Notes under the pieces: model-generated
What the model was told of the DNA's origin: nothing
The model's input: the letters and a program-made list of their open reading frames with translations, nothing else
The model's database searches: none
Assembly: GCA_051530055.1 (NCBI GenBank)
Contig: CM121343.1
Coordinates: 5,674,389 to 5,738,388, forward strand
Length of the DNA stretch: 64,000 bases
Source: Neoechinorhynchus agilis
Taxonomy: Eukaryota > Animalia > Acanthocephala
Reading direction: 5' to 3'
In this document: positions 12,901-26,500 of the stretch, piece by piece
Layout of the letters: each line of letters begins with the position of its first letter
Numbering within the stretch: position 1 is the first letter of the stretch
Made by a program: the position numbers and the translations under genes

Positions 12901-14289
12901 TGCATCAATTTTTTGTTCTCAAACAACGAAAAGGGGGTTATTTATTTCATAAGACGCATACAAACAATACACAATGTGAAACGACCAGTCCAATCCTTCG
13001 TATCTTAATTCGTTTAGTCTTCTCTCCCGTATTATTTCCTTAAGGCTGATCTCCGAGCCATGACATCAGGACGGCTTTTTTAAGGTGTCAAAACTCTCTC
13101 CTTGCTCCTAGCCGAATAATTTTCAGCAAATAACAAAAGATTTTTTTAGGAAGTACATCCAACCGGATGGAAAATATAGTTAGTAAATAAATAGCAAATG
13201 GCTCACTAACTCTTTTTCTTTAAGTCCGTCTGCCGTCAAGGTTTTAATGCACTGAAGCGGGTAGCACAAATCAGTTCCTAATTTTAACATTCTGTTTGAT
13301 AGACTTTTAACTTCAAAAAATGTACTATTTACGGCGGAGGTCAAACGGAAAAGTGAAATCTCTAAAGGCTGACTATGTTGCCATTGAGCGCACAAGCGAT
13401 GCTAAAAATGTAGATATTGTGAGTATCGAATCGCTATTAAATGGGACCCCTGCAATGTCAAAGAATGTCGAAAGGCGAAGGACCCACATTATGATAACGA
13501 GGTTCGTGAGTGCTTCTTCAAGCAACGATTCAAAGACTGAAGATGATCCTATTTTAAACATTGAGTCGAATGAAGTAAACAAAACTACGAAGAAACCCAA
13601 ATCTGTCACTATCGCTTTAACGATCTATCAAAACAGTATAAGATACATCCTTATTTTTCTATCCTAATTCTTATATATTTGTACGGTTATTATTTAGCCA
13701 AGAACGTAAAGGACTCATACGGCTTCTAATAAAAAAACTGGTTTTTAATTGCAAGATTGTTGGTTGCGAACAGCAAAAAATCTTGACAAGTGCGCAATTG
13801 TATTTTTAAAGTATACTAGAGAATCAGAAACCGTTGCGGATGATAAGTTGTACTTCCTTTTGGACAAATAAAATAGGAATTTTCTCGGGAATCGATAACA
13901 GCCCTTTGAATAAAAGGCTCACATATTTTTCATAAAAAATTACAATTTTACATGGCAGCGCTATTAGCTCAGAGATAGGTGCAGCGACCTACGTTGAATT
14001 TTAATTAAACTTTATTTAATACAAATAAGCTAATTCGAGTAACAATATCAATGACCGATTTCAAATGTACATTGCAAGTTAGGAATGCCGATTAAATGAG
14101 CATTACTAAAAACGATTGTGGTAGTGGGTGGCGTTACCATTAGAATTTAACATGAATACGCGACGACCACTAACAGGTCTACGGAACATCCTTTTCGGAC
14201 AAGAAAAAAGCCGCCATTGAACACTTCTTTAGAGTCGACGTTGTATTGGTGAATCAAGGTTGTTTTGGTTAGCATTCCCATTTTGAATA

Positions 14290-14830
14290 CCGGAATCCGC
14301 TCTTGCAGATCCTCTCGCCTATGATGCACACTACCGCCACCATAATTCTTCGTATCACTCAACTCCTCTTCCCTCACTAGCATTCTGCATTCCCCCCCCC
14401 GCTAACAACTGTTGTAAGCATTACATGCAAAAATCCCTTTAGCCCGCCCCACGTCTTCTCAGAGTAACTTTTAATTAACCGCTCATAGCCTCTCTTCCTT
14501 AAAAGGAGATACAAGCTCCTCACTTCACAGCTTCCTTTTTGAATCTACCCACATAAAAACTCATTACAAAATCTTTCCACCGCTCCTTCAAACTCAATCC
14601 AGAACACATCTTCCCAATGTCATCCTTAACTCTTAGCGAACACCCTCGAGCATCCTTTCCATCCCAAAAACTCGAAGAATAAGCTTCTCGCCAATTTTGA
14701 CAACGTGCAACTCCACCGGCGCCCGGAAAACCATAAAAGACCGTCACCCTGTCCTTCTACATTAAACACAATCAAAAAATTATCACTCAAACCCTTCACA
14801 AATATACCATAAATCGGCATATCTCATCGT
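14290..14830 (+). mobile_element. Decayed L2/CR1-type ORF1 fragment, homologous to 45030-45560
   Basis: Colinear similarity with the 45-kb copy; PRLLRVTF motif; C-rich strand bias. Confidence 0.6.
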
Positions 14831-15976
14831 GGCTAATCCATACCAATTCCCGACTCAATACTCGTTCCTCGCATGGCCAATCACTCATCGACTTCTCTTT
14901 TTGAGATGATCAATCAAGTCCCAAATTCCCTTATCGTAATGCACTCCAAGACTCGAAGCATCCTTCCTAAACTAGATGAAATTTCATGCGTGTCAATCGA
15001 ACATTTTAGGATTAAGCAGTAACTTCCAACGAAATCGCAATCAATCACTTAAATCGAATTGGCTTGGTCAGAAAAATGGACAGAGTAAACAAATTGGAGA
15101 TAATGAGGATCAAAAACAAAACACCGAAGATGTTTCTCACGAACAAAGAGACAACTGGCCATTTATTAACCTTCAAATAAGAGTTTGCTTTTTAATTTGC
15201 TTATAAGGAGGTTATATTGTCCTCCATAAATTCCGATTTCAGCCCACACTCCAATGTTTTCAAAAGGCAATCTTAAATTGCTTAAATATCCACTCATTTT
15301 TCAACCAATGTGATTGTATCATTCGATCGATTGATCACACCGTGAAAATGTCTAGCACAATTTATTTGAACATTACGTGTTCGTTTAAATAAACAATTAC
15401 TAAAAAACAAGCTATCCGCCGATACGTGAGTTGAAAACTTAATAATAAAACCGACATAAGATCAACACCCAATCACGGTCTCGTAATTACAGATTGGGAG
15501 GCAAAAGCTTTGTTTTGCTTCTATGTAAACTGCGACACCTCATTAAGAGTTCCTTGCGTTTCTCTAAAGATAGTCTCTATTGCCCTCAGCGCTGCTATAT
15601 TCGTGTGAAAGCAAACACGCCACGTATGTGTATAGCATCTACCACCGTCAATGTGAAATGCTAGAAGTGGATCGATCGTCCGAGGTTCTTTGTTTGATGG
15701 CGCTTGTTTAATGATCATGTAAACTCTTAGAATCTGTGTCCCATGCAAAGCGGAATAAACAAAAGCTTCTCTCTTATCGGAAGATATTTAGTCCGCGCCT
15801 CGTCCGCCTTCCCTCACCCTCGGTCATTCGATTGCACTTTATCAATCGGTTAAGCGCCACTTTTTACGGATACGCGTCGGCGTCCATTGTTATGTTGTTT
15901 ACTAATTGTTTTTTCGTGTGTTCGTGAGAAAAGTTATTTAGGTATCTCATTTTTGAAGATTTTGAGATAAACTTCA

Positions 15977-17470
15977 ATGAGCAACAATAAGCATTTGCCC
16001 TGCTTACAAGATGAAGAGAGTGGATCGGCCGTAGACTCAGTTCGTTCCTATTGCATAGAAGATGCCGATAGTCAAGACCGATGCGTTCGTTCAGCGTTTA
16101 TTGGAACTGGTCGGGGATTTCAAAAACACAAGATAAACTCGAGGAATCACTCTAAAGCCGACGATGAAGAAGCTCGCGTGGGCACTCCGGCTAAATCTTC
16201 TGATCTGTGTGAATCGATATATCGAAAACAGGCTGCTGATAACCTGTTGTCTATGAAAAATGACAAAATGTTTATCATTCCTTCGATGGAAATAGATGCG
16301 TTTGGAGAATATCTTCAAAATGAGACTGGATCGCGGGTTGCCTTGGAGTTCTATCTTGCCTGTCAAGCGATAAAAACTATACCGGACGATGACGAGTTTT
16401 TACGAAAATCCGTGAAATCGATGTACCGATTATTCGTTAGGAAATATATGAAGACCGATGCAACCATTGATGCCGACAATTACGTTAGTATGGAAACTTT
16501 GAGAAAGATTAGCGAGGATATAGCCGTAAAGAAGATTGGTTCACGTGAAATGTTTGAGCCTGCCGCTCAAGAACTTTCCTATGTGATTGACAAGCATTTT
16601 AAAAACTATTTGGCTTCTAAAGGGCGACTGGATTGTGCAGAAAATAATCAAGGACGTTTTCGACCTAATGAACTCGGTCTAGACACGAATTTATTTAATT
16701 GTGAAACTGATGACGATATAAACGCACTGATGGATGAACATTGCAGTCGTGTGTTCGAGGCGCCTTCTGATCGTAACTCATGCAATTTGATCTCGAAATC
16801 CACGCGGCCTACTCTCAATAATCACTTATCGACACTCAATCAATCTGTTCACTACAAACAAGCGGATTTTTGTCGATCTGTTAGCACTACCTTGTTAGGT
16901 TCGGCCTATAAGAAAAAGGAGAAATGTGGACCAAAAGTAGCTAACGAGAAGCGATACGATGATCGTCTTTTTTCTTCAGCCTCTAAGCGAACGATTAGTG
17001 GTGTTCATAAATCTGTCCTGCCTCATTCGAAAAGTGTATCGGTAGCTGCTAATCAGGCTTCAAAACATAAATCCACCGCTAAACTTTATGGAAATGACAA
17101 CCGCGATCGCAAACAAAAGCATGCATCCTTCAATACAAAATGTATACAAAATAAACCAAGTGCTAAACAAGCAAGATTGAACTATGAAGATACGGTTGAT
17201 AATGATGGTTCCAATGAAGGGATAACTGTTGTATATTACATGCCAGGAGAATCTATTCCATTTATGACTCCATATTCAGGCGCTATAATAACATTGGACG
17301 AATTTAAGAGATCGATAGTGTGCAAACGACTGGAGAACTGCAAGTTTTTTTTCAAAACGAGAATAGATATGGACGAATGTCAGGTCGTGTATAAAGAGAT
17401 AAGCGATCCTAACGAATACCTACCGTTATTCAAGCGCAAAATAATTGCCAAGATCGAAAGATTTGAATGA
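15977..17470 (+). CDS. AXIN: Axin (RGS + DIX domains), single exon
   Basis: RGS (FGEYLQNE..ALEFYLAC), LMDEHCSRVF beta-catenin-site-like motif, C-terminal DIX (ITVVYY...FFFKT...LPLFKRKIIAKIE). Confidence 0.9.
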   Translation: MSNNKHLPCLQDEESGSAVDSVRSYCIEDADSQDRCVRSAFIGTGRGFQKHKINSRNHSKADDEEARVGTPAKSSDLCESIYRKQAADNLLSMKNDKMFIIPSMEIDAFGEYLQNETGSRVALEFYLACQAIKTIPDDDEFLRKSVKSMYRLFVRKYMKTDATIDADNYVSMETLRKISEDIAVKKIGSREMFEPAAQELSYVIDKHFKNYLASKGRLDCAENNQGRFRPNELGLDTNLFNCETDDDINALMDEHCSRVFEAPSDRNSCNLISKSTRPTLNNHLSTLNQSVHYKQADFCRSVSTTLLGSAYKKKEKCGPKVANEKRYDDRLFSSASKRTISGVHKSVLPHSKSVSVAANQASKHKSTAKLYGNDNRDRKQKHASFNTKCIQNKPSAKQARLNYEDTVDNDGSNEGITVVYYMPGESIPFMTPYSGAIITLDEFKRSIVCKRLENCKFFFKTRIDMDECQVVYKEISDPNEYLPLFKRKIIAKIERFE

Positions 17471-17618
17471 GTTGTCAACATCGTAAGCAAGAAAAGAACG
17501 TAAATCAATTGTAAAGTCTTGATGTGCAAGTGTCATTGGGGAAGGGTTTTCTCGCTGATTTTCACATTAATCAAATAGTGATTTATTGATCGTACATGGT
17601 TGTATCTCTAAAATATCA

Positions 17619-18944
17619 TCAATAGAGGATATATGGACGTCTGGTACGTCTTCTACCAACACGTCCATGGAAATCAACGAGCGGTGAACCTAGTTCCTGC
17701 TGCGGAATGTCTAAACAAAGCGCTCTCTTGGCATCTCGTGCGAATAACTGAGTTCCCCTTTGTCGGTTCAACTGCATTCCATTCTCAACACAAGCACCAA
17801 CATCAGCCATAATCGCATCATGGTGAACCACATAAACTTGAAATGTCGGTGACTGGAGTTTAATGTATTCTCTATTGAGATTTACTATCTTTTCATAGCC
17901 TCCTTTCCTGCCCCTCCATGGGATTTGTAGGGAAATGTGTATTTCGACGTGAGGAACAATGGCTTTAATCGCGACAATGAGGCCTTTCATTTTTGTTACT
18001 ATCGTTTCTTGATCCACATTGAACTGCATTAGTTCAACAGAGCCTACATGCAGCATAATCCTTTGAGTATTAAGGAACCTGGTCGATAGGATAAATTGTC
18101 TTATTGCGTTTGTTGATCCTTCAGAAAAGGTCCGGACGTAAGTCGTTCTTTTTCTGTCCAAAATACGAGGATTAATATGTTGAATCGCTCGATCGCCGAA
18201 GATCACGTTTGCGAAGTTTAGCGTACGTTCGACAAAAATCGATATGCTGTCTTCGCTCGCTTGGACGAATTTCAGAATTTGTTGAAGCTCAACGTCTTCA
18301 TCAATGGCTGTTTGTTCTAACGTATCTTCTTTTTCTGATTGATTCGCATTGTTATTAAAATCGTTAATACGCTCTTGTTGACTTGTTTCCTCGGAATAGA
18401 TTTCATTTGTATCAAATGACCACATTGGTTGAAACCAATCATCAACAGTACCTCCTAATTTCTGTGGTGGATTCGAAGTAAATGCGGACGATGTCGTTTT
18501 CATGATTGCCGAGTCCATCAAGCAATTTACAGCATTACTCATATTGTTGTTGTTACACATCAGAGGCTCCAGTTTGATTTGACCCATGCGATTTTTTAAA
18601 TTTAAATCTTCAAATCTTAAACTATTGAATAACAAGTCAGCAGTGTCTTCATCGTTCGGTAGTCCGTTTACTCGCTCGCTATCAACTTTGTCTTCGTTCA
18701 AGCCGTTTACAATGGACTCATCAGGATCCGTGGACGTCTCTGTAAGAGAATCATAGAACTCTTCATCACTAACCGACGATTTTCCACAATCATCGATTGT
18801 GCCATGCGGGTTGTCCTCCGATGGCGGCGGAACAGTGTCGACATCTTCACCTGAACCATTCTTGTTTTCTTCATAATCAACATGAGAAATTGGATGTCTT
18901 GGACTTGATATACTGTTTGCCATACCTATCAATAATGCGATCAT
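17619..18944 (-). CDS. Intronless 441-aa protein: acidic low-complexity N-terminus plus degenerate SGNH/GDSL-hydrolase-like C-terminal domain
   Basis: Long uninterrupted ORF; blocks VIFGDR, IMLHVGSVEL, ISLQIPW, NGMQLN..GTQLFA follow the order of SGNH blocks I, III and V. Confidence 0.65.
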   Translation of the reverse strand: MIALLIGMANSISSPRHPISHVDYEENKNGSGEDVDTVPPPSEDNPHGTIDDCGKSSVSDEEFYDSLTETSTDPDESIVNGLNEDKVDSERVNGLPNDEDTADLLFNSLRFEDLNLKNRMGQIKLEPLMCNNNNMSNAVNCLMDSAIMKTTSSAFTSNPPQKLGGTVDDWFQPMWSFDTNEIYSEETSQQERINDFNNNANQSEKEDTLEQTAIDEDVELQQILKFVQASEDSISIFVERTLNFANVIFGDRAIQHINPRILDRKRTTYVRTFSEGSTNAIRQFILSTRFLNTQRIMLHVGSVELMQFNVDQETIVTKMKGLIVAIKAIVPHVEIHISLQIPWRGRKGGYEKIVNLNREYIKLQSPTFQVYVVHHDAIMADVGACVENGMQLNRQRGTQLFARDAKRALCLDIPQQELGSPLVDFHGRVGRRRTRRPYILY

Positions 18945-19259
18945 CGATTTCTACGTATCGACGCACTAACCTTTTGTACCTGTCAACGGTCGATTTTGAT
19001 AGAGGCGCGCTGAAATGTGTTCGCCGCTTATTTATACTACCGAAGGCACCATCTCCATGTGATGTATATTTTGGCGCTAATTAAGTGGCCGTGCACACGT
19101 ATCGTGATGAAGGGCGCTAATGACAGTCGATCCGAAATGATGCAGCTTTTGAACTCGGATTGCAGGCATCCTATCTCGAGTTATCTTCAACGGAAAATGA
19201 ACACATTGAACTGTTGGAATATTGAGTCTTTCAAGTTCCGAAAACTACCTTAAACAACG

Positions 19260-19938
19260 AATATTTGTTCTGGTGATGAGGTGATTCCTACTCTCCGGAC
19301 AATAAAGATATCGATTCATTGCGATATTTCGCCGGGCAAATCCAACATTCTCAAACAATTTTGGATTAATGCTGGATTTGCCCAACGAAATATCGCAATG
19401 AATCAATATCTTTATTGTCCGGAGAGCAGGAATCACCTCAGCAACACTATAATACCTCCGAGGAACCTTTTACATCAGACTAATATTTGTTCTGTTGCTG
19501 AGGTGATTCCTACTCTCCGGACAATAAAGATATCGATTTATTGCGATATTTCGCCGGGCAAATCCAACATTCTCAAACAATTTTGGATTAATGCTGGATT
19601 TGCCCAACGAAATATCGCAATGAATCAATATCTTTATTGTCCGGAGAGCAGGAATCACCTCAGCAACACTATAATACCTCCGAGGAACCTTTTACATCAG
19701 ACTAATATTTGTTCTGTTGCTGAGGTGATTCCTACTCTCCGGACAATAAAGATATCGATTTATTGCGATATTTCACCGGGCAAATCCAACATTCTCAAAC
19801 AATTTTGGATTAATGCTTGAGAATGCTGGATTTACCCAGCGAAATATCGCAATGAATCAATATCTTTATTGTCCGGAGAGCAGGAATCACCTCAGCAACA
19901 CTATAATACCTCCATGGAACCTTTTACATCAGACTAAT
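19260..19938. repeat. Tandem array of three 222-bp units, each a ~176-bp foldback hairpin plus spacer
   Basis: gtgattcc at 19281, 19503, 19725; arms tgttgctgaggtgattcc...ggcaaatcca / tggatttgccc...ggaatcacctcagcaaca. Confidence 0.95.
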
Positions 19939-20540
19939 CTTGTTCTTTTGAACGTTTTTATATTTCCAGAAGATCTCAAACCGATATTTGCATGATCAAT
20001 GAGCAAAATTGGACGTGCAGCCAATCAGAGTCCGTGATATACTTTTGATCGAAGTTGAGATGGTAAGTTTATTCGTTCTTTTGAGCAGAAATTGCTAATG
20101 TTGGAGCGTTGTAATAGTTCGTTTCTCATTAAAAAAAGATTGGATTTTAAATTGTTTAAAAATGACTTTATTAAAGATTCCGTGGTTCACTGCAATTGTA
20201 TATGTTAGCGTGTTTTTTTCATAAATTAGGTGAAATAGTGTTTAAGGTTTTTTGATTTTAGAATACTCACTATTTCTCCAAAGTGCAACGCCTAATGCGT
20301 ATTTGCGGTTCTTTGTTTGGCGTTCATCCGCATATTTTTTGCCTTGTTCCCTATTGACAACTAGTGCCACGCTTGCAGAATATGAGACGAAGAGCGTGTG
20401 GGTTATGCAATGCACCACCACCACCACCACCGAGTGCTGCACAAGTTTATCTTATTCATCTTTCCGCATTTTTTGTGCCAACTTTAGGCAATTCGTTGAT
20501 TCATCTCAATCAAATCCACAATAAACTAAAATCAAACCGA

Positions 20541-23500
20541 ATGGGTTGTATATTTTTTGGTGCATTGTTGCTGTTAAGCGACCTAATGATTCCTGTTAAA
20601 CTTGACAAAATCAAAGTGGAAAAACTCATAGCTTATACTGCAGACACCGGGCTGCCTCCATCAATCGATCTCAGTGGCGGTGGAAAATTCAACAAGTTCG
20701 CATTCATGCCATAGACAATTCGGATTTCTTTATTTTTTTCTTATAAACCTAGGCAGGATTTCAAGGATCGATTTCGTTCAAATATTGAAAATAATTGGCG
20801 AACAACCTTGTTACATGCTGAGGAACATTCGCAAGTTAATACATTTCAAAAGGTTCGACCATGATATGAGGAGCACTTGTAAATTAAAGGATGAAATATT
20901 CATAAATTAGATTTACAAGGAAAATGACATATTCTATGTGAAGGAAAGGGATTTGATCGGCTTGATAAAAGAGATGGCTGACGATATGAACCAAGCAATC
21001 ATGAAGAAGCTTAAGGCAGTCGAGGTATTTTTGCTTTATAATCAAAAATTAAAATGCTCGCGTATAAGAATCTGGTCAGAACTACCGAAAAGTCATACGT
21101 ACAATTTATGGGAAAGCCGGAATCAAATCAGCAGAACTACCATCGCCATTATTACAATGCCAAACTACTGCAAATTTGTAATAATTCAACCAACCAAACT
21201 ACTTCGGCACCAACCACTGAAGAGCAGGTGGTCAAAAGTTCCAAGTTAGTTTCTTAAAATTAACTTTCGCAGTTTAAACTTTAAGATTAGTGGGCAGTGT
21301 CTAATTTTGGAAGCTGATAAACATTTCATGGATTTAGCAGTGAATCTTTCTTATAGTACTGTTCACGTACCAACGATAATATATGATCAAAGTATGCTTG
21401 TATATAAAATCGTATGTCTTTAACGTTAAAAAAAGGCAAAGAAATAATGGATTCTGCTGCATGGAGCTTTGATTTGAATCGAGCATTTTCAGAAAATTAC
21501 ATGAACGATCCTGAGATCACTTGGCAGTATTTCTGCAGTGCCACGGGTTTATACCGAACCTGGCCTGGTGAGTTTTTCCTAATAATTGACTGACAATGTT
21601 ACACCGATTAAGGAACTCGATGGACATATCCGGAGAATATGCCTCCGAATAATCAAGTGGATTTGTTTGATTGTCGTGTGAGGACATGGTATGTCAAGGC
21701 GACATCATCACCTCGGGATGTGATAATATTGATCGACAATAGTGGATCTATGACTGGTATAAAACGATCCATTGCGGTCCAGACTGTAGAAACCATCTTG
21801 GATACGTTGAGTGATGATGACTTTGTGAATATACTTTCTTTCAATAATGAAGTGAAATATGTTGACAAGTGCTTTGACCATGGTCTTATTCAAGCCACCG
21901 TGGAGAACAGAAAGGTTTTTGTAATTTTTATATATTTGTGTTAAATATATACGCATTTTAGCATCTCCAAGAAGCGATTGCACAATTACAAACTAAGGAT
22001 ATCGCCCATTTTATAAAAGCTTTCGAAATGGCTTTCAAGATACTTAATCAGGTTTATATATGTGATTTAGTGCATATTGCCGATAAAGTGAACGTATATG
22101 TAGGCACGATTGGGGATATCAAGAACTGAGAATGTTACATGCATTTGTCAGAGTCATTACACCAACAGTAGTCCATCCAGTGATGAACAAAATTGCAGAG
22201 CTTCTCCGAGCGCAAGTGAACAAAGGGAAATGTTTCTGGACAGTTCTGGCTGCAACAAAATGATAATGGTGGTGACGGATGGTTCAAGTGAAACTGCTGA
22301 ACAAGCATTCCGAAAATATAATTGGTTTCAGGACTATAACACCACGTGTCATCCAAAAGAGGTAAGGTTCTGAACGTTCAATATTATTTTAAACCTGTAG
22401 ATTCTGTGTAGACAAGAGTTTTCACGTATTTAATTGGACGCGAAATTAGCGATGAAAGGGCAGTTAAATGGATGGCGTGCTCTAATAAAGGTCTATTTTA
22501 AATTCAAGCCTAGTAATCAATATTCAATTCATTAGGTTTCTACGCTCACGTTTCAACACTTGAAGATATTCAAGATAATGTTCAGGTTTGTGTTTATATG
22601 CTGTGACATTTGCGTCAGCTTTTGACTCTGCTTAAAAAATTTAAAAAGAACACTACATGTACGGCTAACCAGGGAAATTTCATTTTTTTAAATATCTCTA
22701 AAGCATTTAATACCTTTAAGAGATCTTCTCTTTCATGCAGCTAATGAATTTGAATAAACAGTGTATACAAAAACAACCAAGTACGTCGAAACTATAACTC
22801 GTAAAGGCACTTTTTGGTAATCGTTTAAATATTTCCCTTAACCCTGAATGGAATTAGGCAATATATTGGAGCCAATGTTTTGTACAAAAGCTAATTTTAT
22901 CAGCTTTGAATCAATATTTGCGTTCGCGAGATCGGCTTACATGTAAAATGTCGGTACAAAAAAACGGACTTCACTACTCCAAGTTTTATCCAGCACACCA
23001 CGTAAGATTCTATTTCTAGCAACGGACTGGGACCATGAAATTAAGTAGTAACGGCGGTAGTGTTGATAATCCCTGCAAAAGTCTTAAGAAGCATCCAAAG
23101 TAGTATTTTTGCACACTACGCGGGGTTTCGATTGATGTTTACAAGAAATGGGTTCCCCTTTTCTATGCTCAGCTCGATGGTAGAAAAACCATATAAGAAA
23201 TCGGTTTGATCTTAAATGCATTATTTTTCAGCATTAATTTTCTGTCAAAACGTTTATTTCCGCTTACAATTTAAAGGATTACATTCCAGTCATATCAAGA
23301 CCAATCGCACTGTCCAATGACCACGTCACAGTGTGGAGCAGTGTATTTCTGGACATTGAGGTTTGTGTTTGAGTGCTTTACTATAATTCTACAGATCTTA
23401 TAGAAAAATGACCCACTGAAGGAATACAAGTGGTATCCATACAAGTTGACAGATCGTACAATGCCAATGGATGCTTTCAAGGCATGTTTTGGTCGTTGGT

Positions 23501-26500
23501 ATTTGAATCATATTTCTTTTAGGCTAAGACAAAGGTATGGAAGATCAGTAAATGAAAAATCAATGGCATTTAGAAATACCACTTGATGATATCCGTTGCG
23601 CAACCTGCCTTTCAAAGAAAATCAAATAAAAAGAAGGTAGTCTGATTTTTTGTTCGACCTCTTTATTATGTCAACTTAGGATAAACTTGGTGGGCTTCTA
23701 GGAGCGGTTGCGGTGGACATACCTGTTCGTTTACTTCATGAATTTGCACCTGCTCACAGGGTAGAAGCAACAGCTTACCATATTGTGCCCTTTGTCTCTT
23801 TTAATTTTTAGCTAGGCGTAAACGGCTATTCCTTTTTAATCAATCACAATGGCTATGTGATATATCATCCAGATCTTCGGCCTGTTGTAAGTATTTCATT
23901 GCAATTTCCGTTTAATATGTTTTTGTTCAAAGCTTGGTGAATATCGTAAGCGTAATTATAACAGTATAGATATTGATGCACTCGAAATACCATTGGACCT
24001 TGAAAATTATACCTATGTAAGAACTAAGTCTTTTTAGTTAATTCTAAGACCTTTTATTGTAGCCATTACCTGAAAGCCCAATTCAACAGGTACCTTAAAA
24101 ATTCTAAATTTTATGTGTTAAACTTGATTTTTTAGTTACGTCGAGAAATGATTAAAGGATACACGGGGAATCTTTCTGCAATCGTTAAGAGAGCTTATGA
24201 TGACATGAGACGGGTTGAGGTCACGAAGATCTCATATTATTTCTCGACTTTAGGAGACAAGGATTCTAACCCTTTCAGGTAAAATTTAATTTCATTCCGT
24301 ATTTAATGATATTTAGTTTGGGCATTGCAATACGTGAACCATACGGTCGATATGAGCCTCGCCCAAAGCAGATCGATAAAGCTATGGTTCAAAAAGGTTT
24401 TCACGGTTTACTGCGTTGGACAAAATTGTAGTCACATAGCATTTAGCCATCGCATTTGCAAATGAATCTTTCGTACAGTTTTCTGATTGGGTTCATTGTA
24501 ATTCTACAATCGAGAATCGACCGGAATATGCAATGAATCCGGTTTTGCATTACTTAAACGAAAAGCTTCAAAAGAAAAACCTACCGTCATGTATTTAGTC
24601 TCTTCCTTACCCTGAATCTGAACTTATTGATCGAAAACGTGTTTTAGGCTCGACTAATTCTAAGCGATACATTATCGATCGTGTTATTGGAGATTTGTAT
24701 TTAATGTCCAAATTTAATGAATCCTTCAACAAAAAGAAACACGAGTCGCATGAGTAATTATCTATTAAAGCTCTACTTTTCGCTACAAGCTTTCTTCTAT
24801 TATTCAAACAACAGTGTTGGATCTAAAGTTATATTCGCATCATCGAGCAGTGGAATCAGCTCCTACTGGTGTCCAGGGGGATGTAACGATGCTAAAAGAT
24901 CGATTATTGAGTTAGCCATTCCTTTTAAGCATTAAAAAATTTAAAGGAATTTTGCGCTTTAGTCAGTATTTGAGCAACTCAGCAGTCAATATTGAATCAG
25001 TCATTTATGGACGAACAGTTAATTTTACATTGGAAGAGAGAACCAGGAATACTTTGATGGAGAATAATGTCGATGCCACGTTTCTCTTTTCCCTATTTTT
25101 CGTGGAAACTGAAAGCGATGGTTTGTTTACCGAATTCGCATCCATCTAAGCACTAAAGTTCATCTTAGGTATTGCAAAATACTTCCCACATATCGTTGCT
25201 ACGACGGCTGTCTGGTTACCTTCGGATGATGGCAAAATTGACTTTCCTGTTGCCGTAGTAGGCGTTATAATGGCCTACGATTATGCATTACAATTAGATT
25301 TCCTTATGAAATTATACGACTATTGCGTTTGGTCATCATGCATAATATCCTTTGTAGCTCAAAAGTGTTCATCTAGACGAATGAGAATAATGGAAAGAAG
25401 CATTGTTTCATAACGGACGAAAACGGTTACATTATGGCTCACAATAGTGTTCCCGAATTAATGGATAATCGTCAGCACGTAAGATGGACCGAGGATACCC
25501 CTTATAAAATATGCACTTAGATTGGGAAATTCTTTGGTGAAGTCAACGGAATAGTAATGCATGATCTCGTCAAGCGAGGAATCTTTGAAAAGTTGGTCCA
25601 CTTGAAATGCGAGTTCTTTTTAAATCAGTTATAGCTGTGTTTTGTTACTCAAATCTTGATTTTTCTAACAATGTTTTTATTCGCCATTTAAATTTGCGAT
25701 CACCACCCTGATGGTTCCACTAGTTTCGAATAATTTTTGTTCGTATAAATTCAAACGCGCTTTTTGTTTCCAGTTTTTGAAATTTCGAACAATCATTGCG
25801 TATACAAATGAGCCGGAGAAACTTGAACATTGTTGTTACAAGCGTGTAAACATAATTTTAAACATAAAATACCGGATTAGTCGTCTGATGTTTTCAATAA
25901 TATTGAATTTTGATCGTGTGCACTGATTTTTTGTTACTTTTGAATGATGAGCCATTCCAGAGTGCGAGTATTCGACTTTCAAAGTGTTTGTGTTTCAATT
26001 GGTATTAAGCCAAAATCCGCAACCTCAAATAGTCAGGTAAAGGCTCCTCGCTCGTAAAAGTAATCAATCCGTCATTTAGTTGGTGACAGCATTTTCGCCG
26101 TTGATGGTGATTCATAGTATATGGTAAGTTTATGTACTAAAAGTAACAGATTAAGATCCTTGCGTTCAGGGTTTACTTATTGGGAGTACTTGTGTTGCTT
26201 TCTCGTGCAATGAAATCCATAGCGCAGCGTTTGTATACTTTCAGGCACCGAAATTCTCAATGATGTACTACATTCAGAGAGCTTAACCGACATACTACCA
26301 ACTCACATCGACTTCCAAGAGCCAGCGAAATATTACACACCTCACAAAACAATCGCTCGGCAACTTGAGGCATGCATCGAGGAATTCTATCTCTTCCAAA
26401 CAAGATATCGTATAGATGGCATTTTAGCTTTTGAAGCCCAATGCACAAACCCTATTCACGAATGCTCCGTAAGGTGTGTGGATTCTGTAGGCAAATATGT

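Noticed and set aside
13320-13667. 115-aa ORF
   Set aside because: No recognisable motif or exon context; cannot be supported as a gene.
15521-15748. 75-aa ORF divergent from Axin
   Set aside because: Plausibly coding, but I recognise no homology and found no clear start or exon chain.
19281-19820. 179-aa ORF with 74-aa repeats
   Set aside because: A by-product of the 222-bp hairpin array; no protein-like features.
22125-22250. ~37-aa Cys-containing extension in the alpha2delta VWA region as another hairpin insert
   Set aside because: Open frame, only loose self-complementarity and no matching TA pair; more likely a genuine loop insertion.
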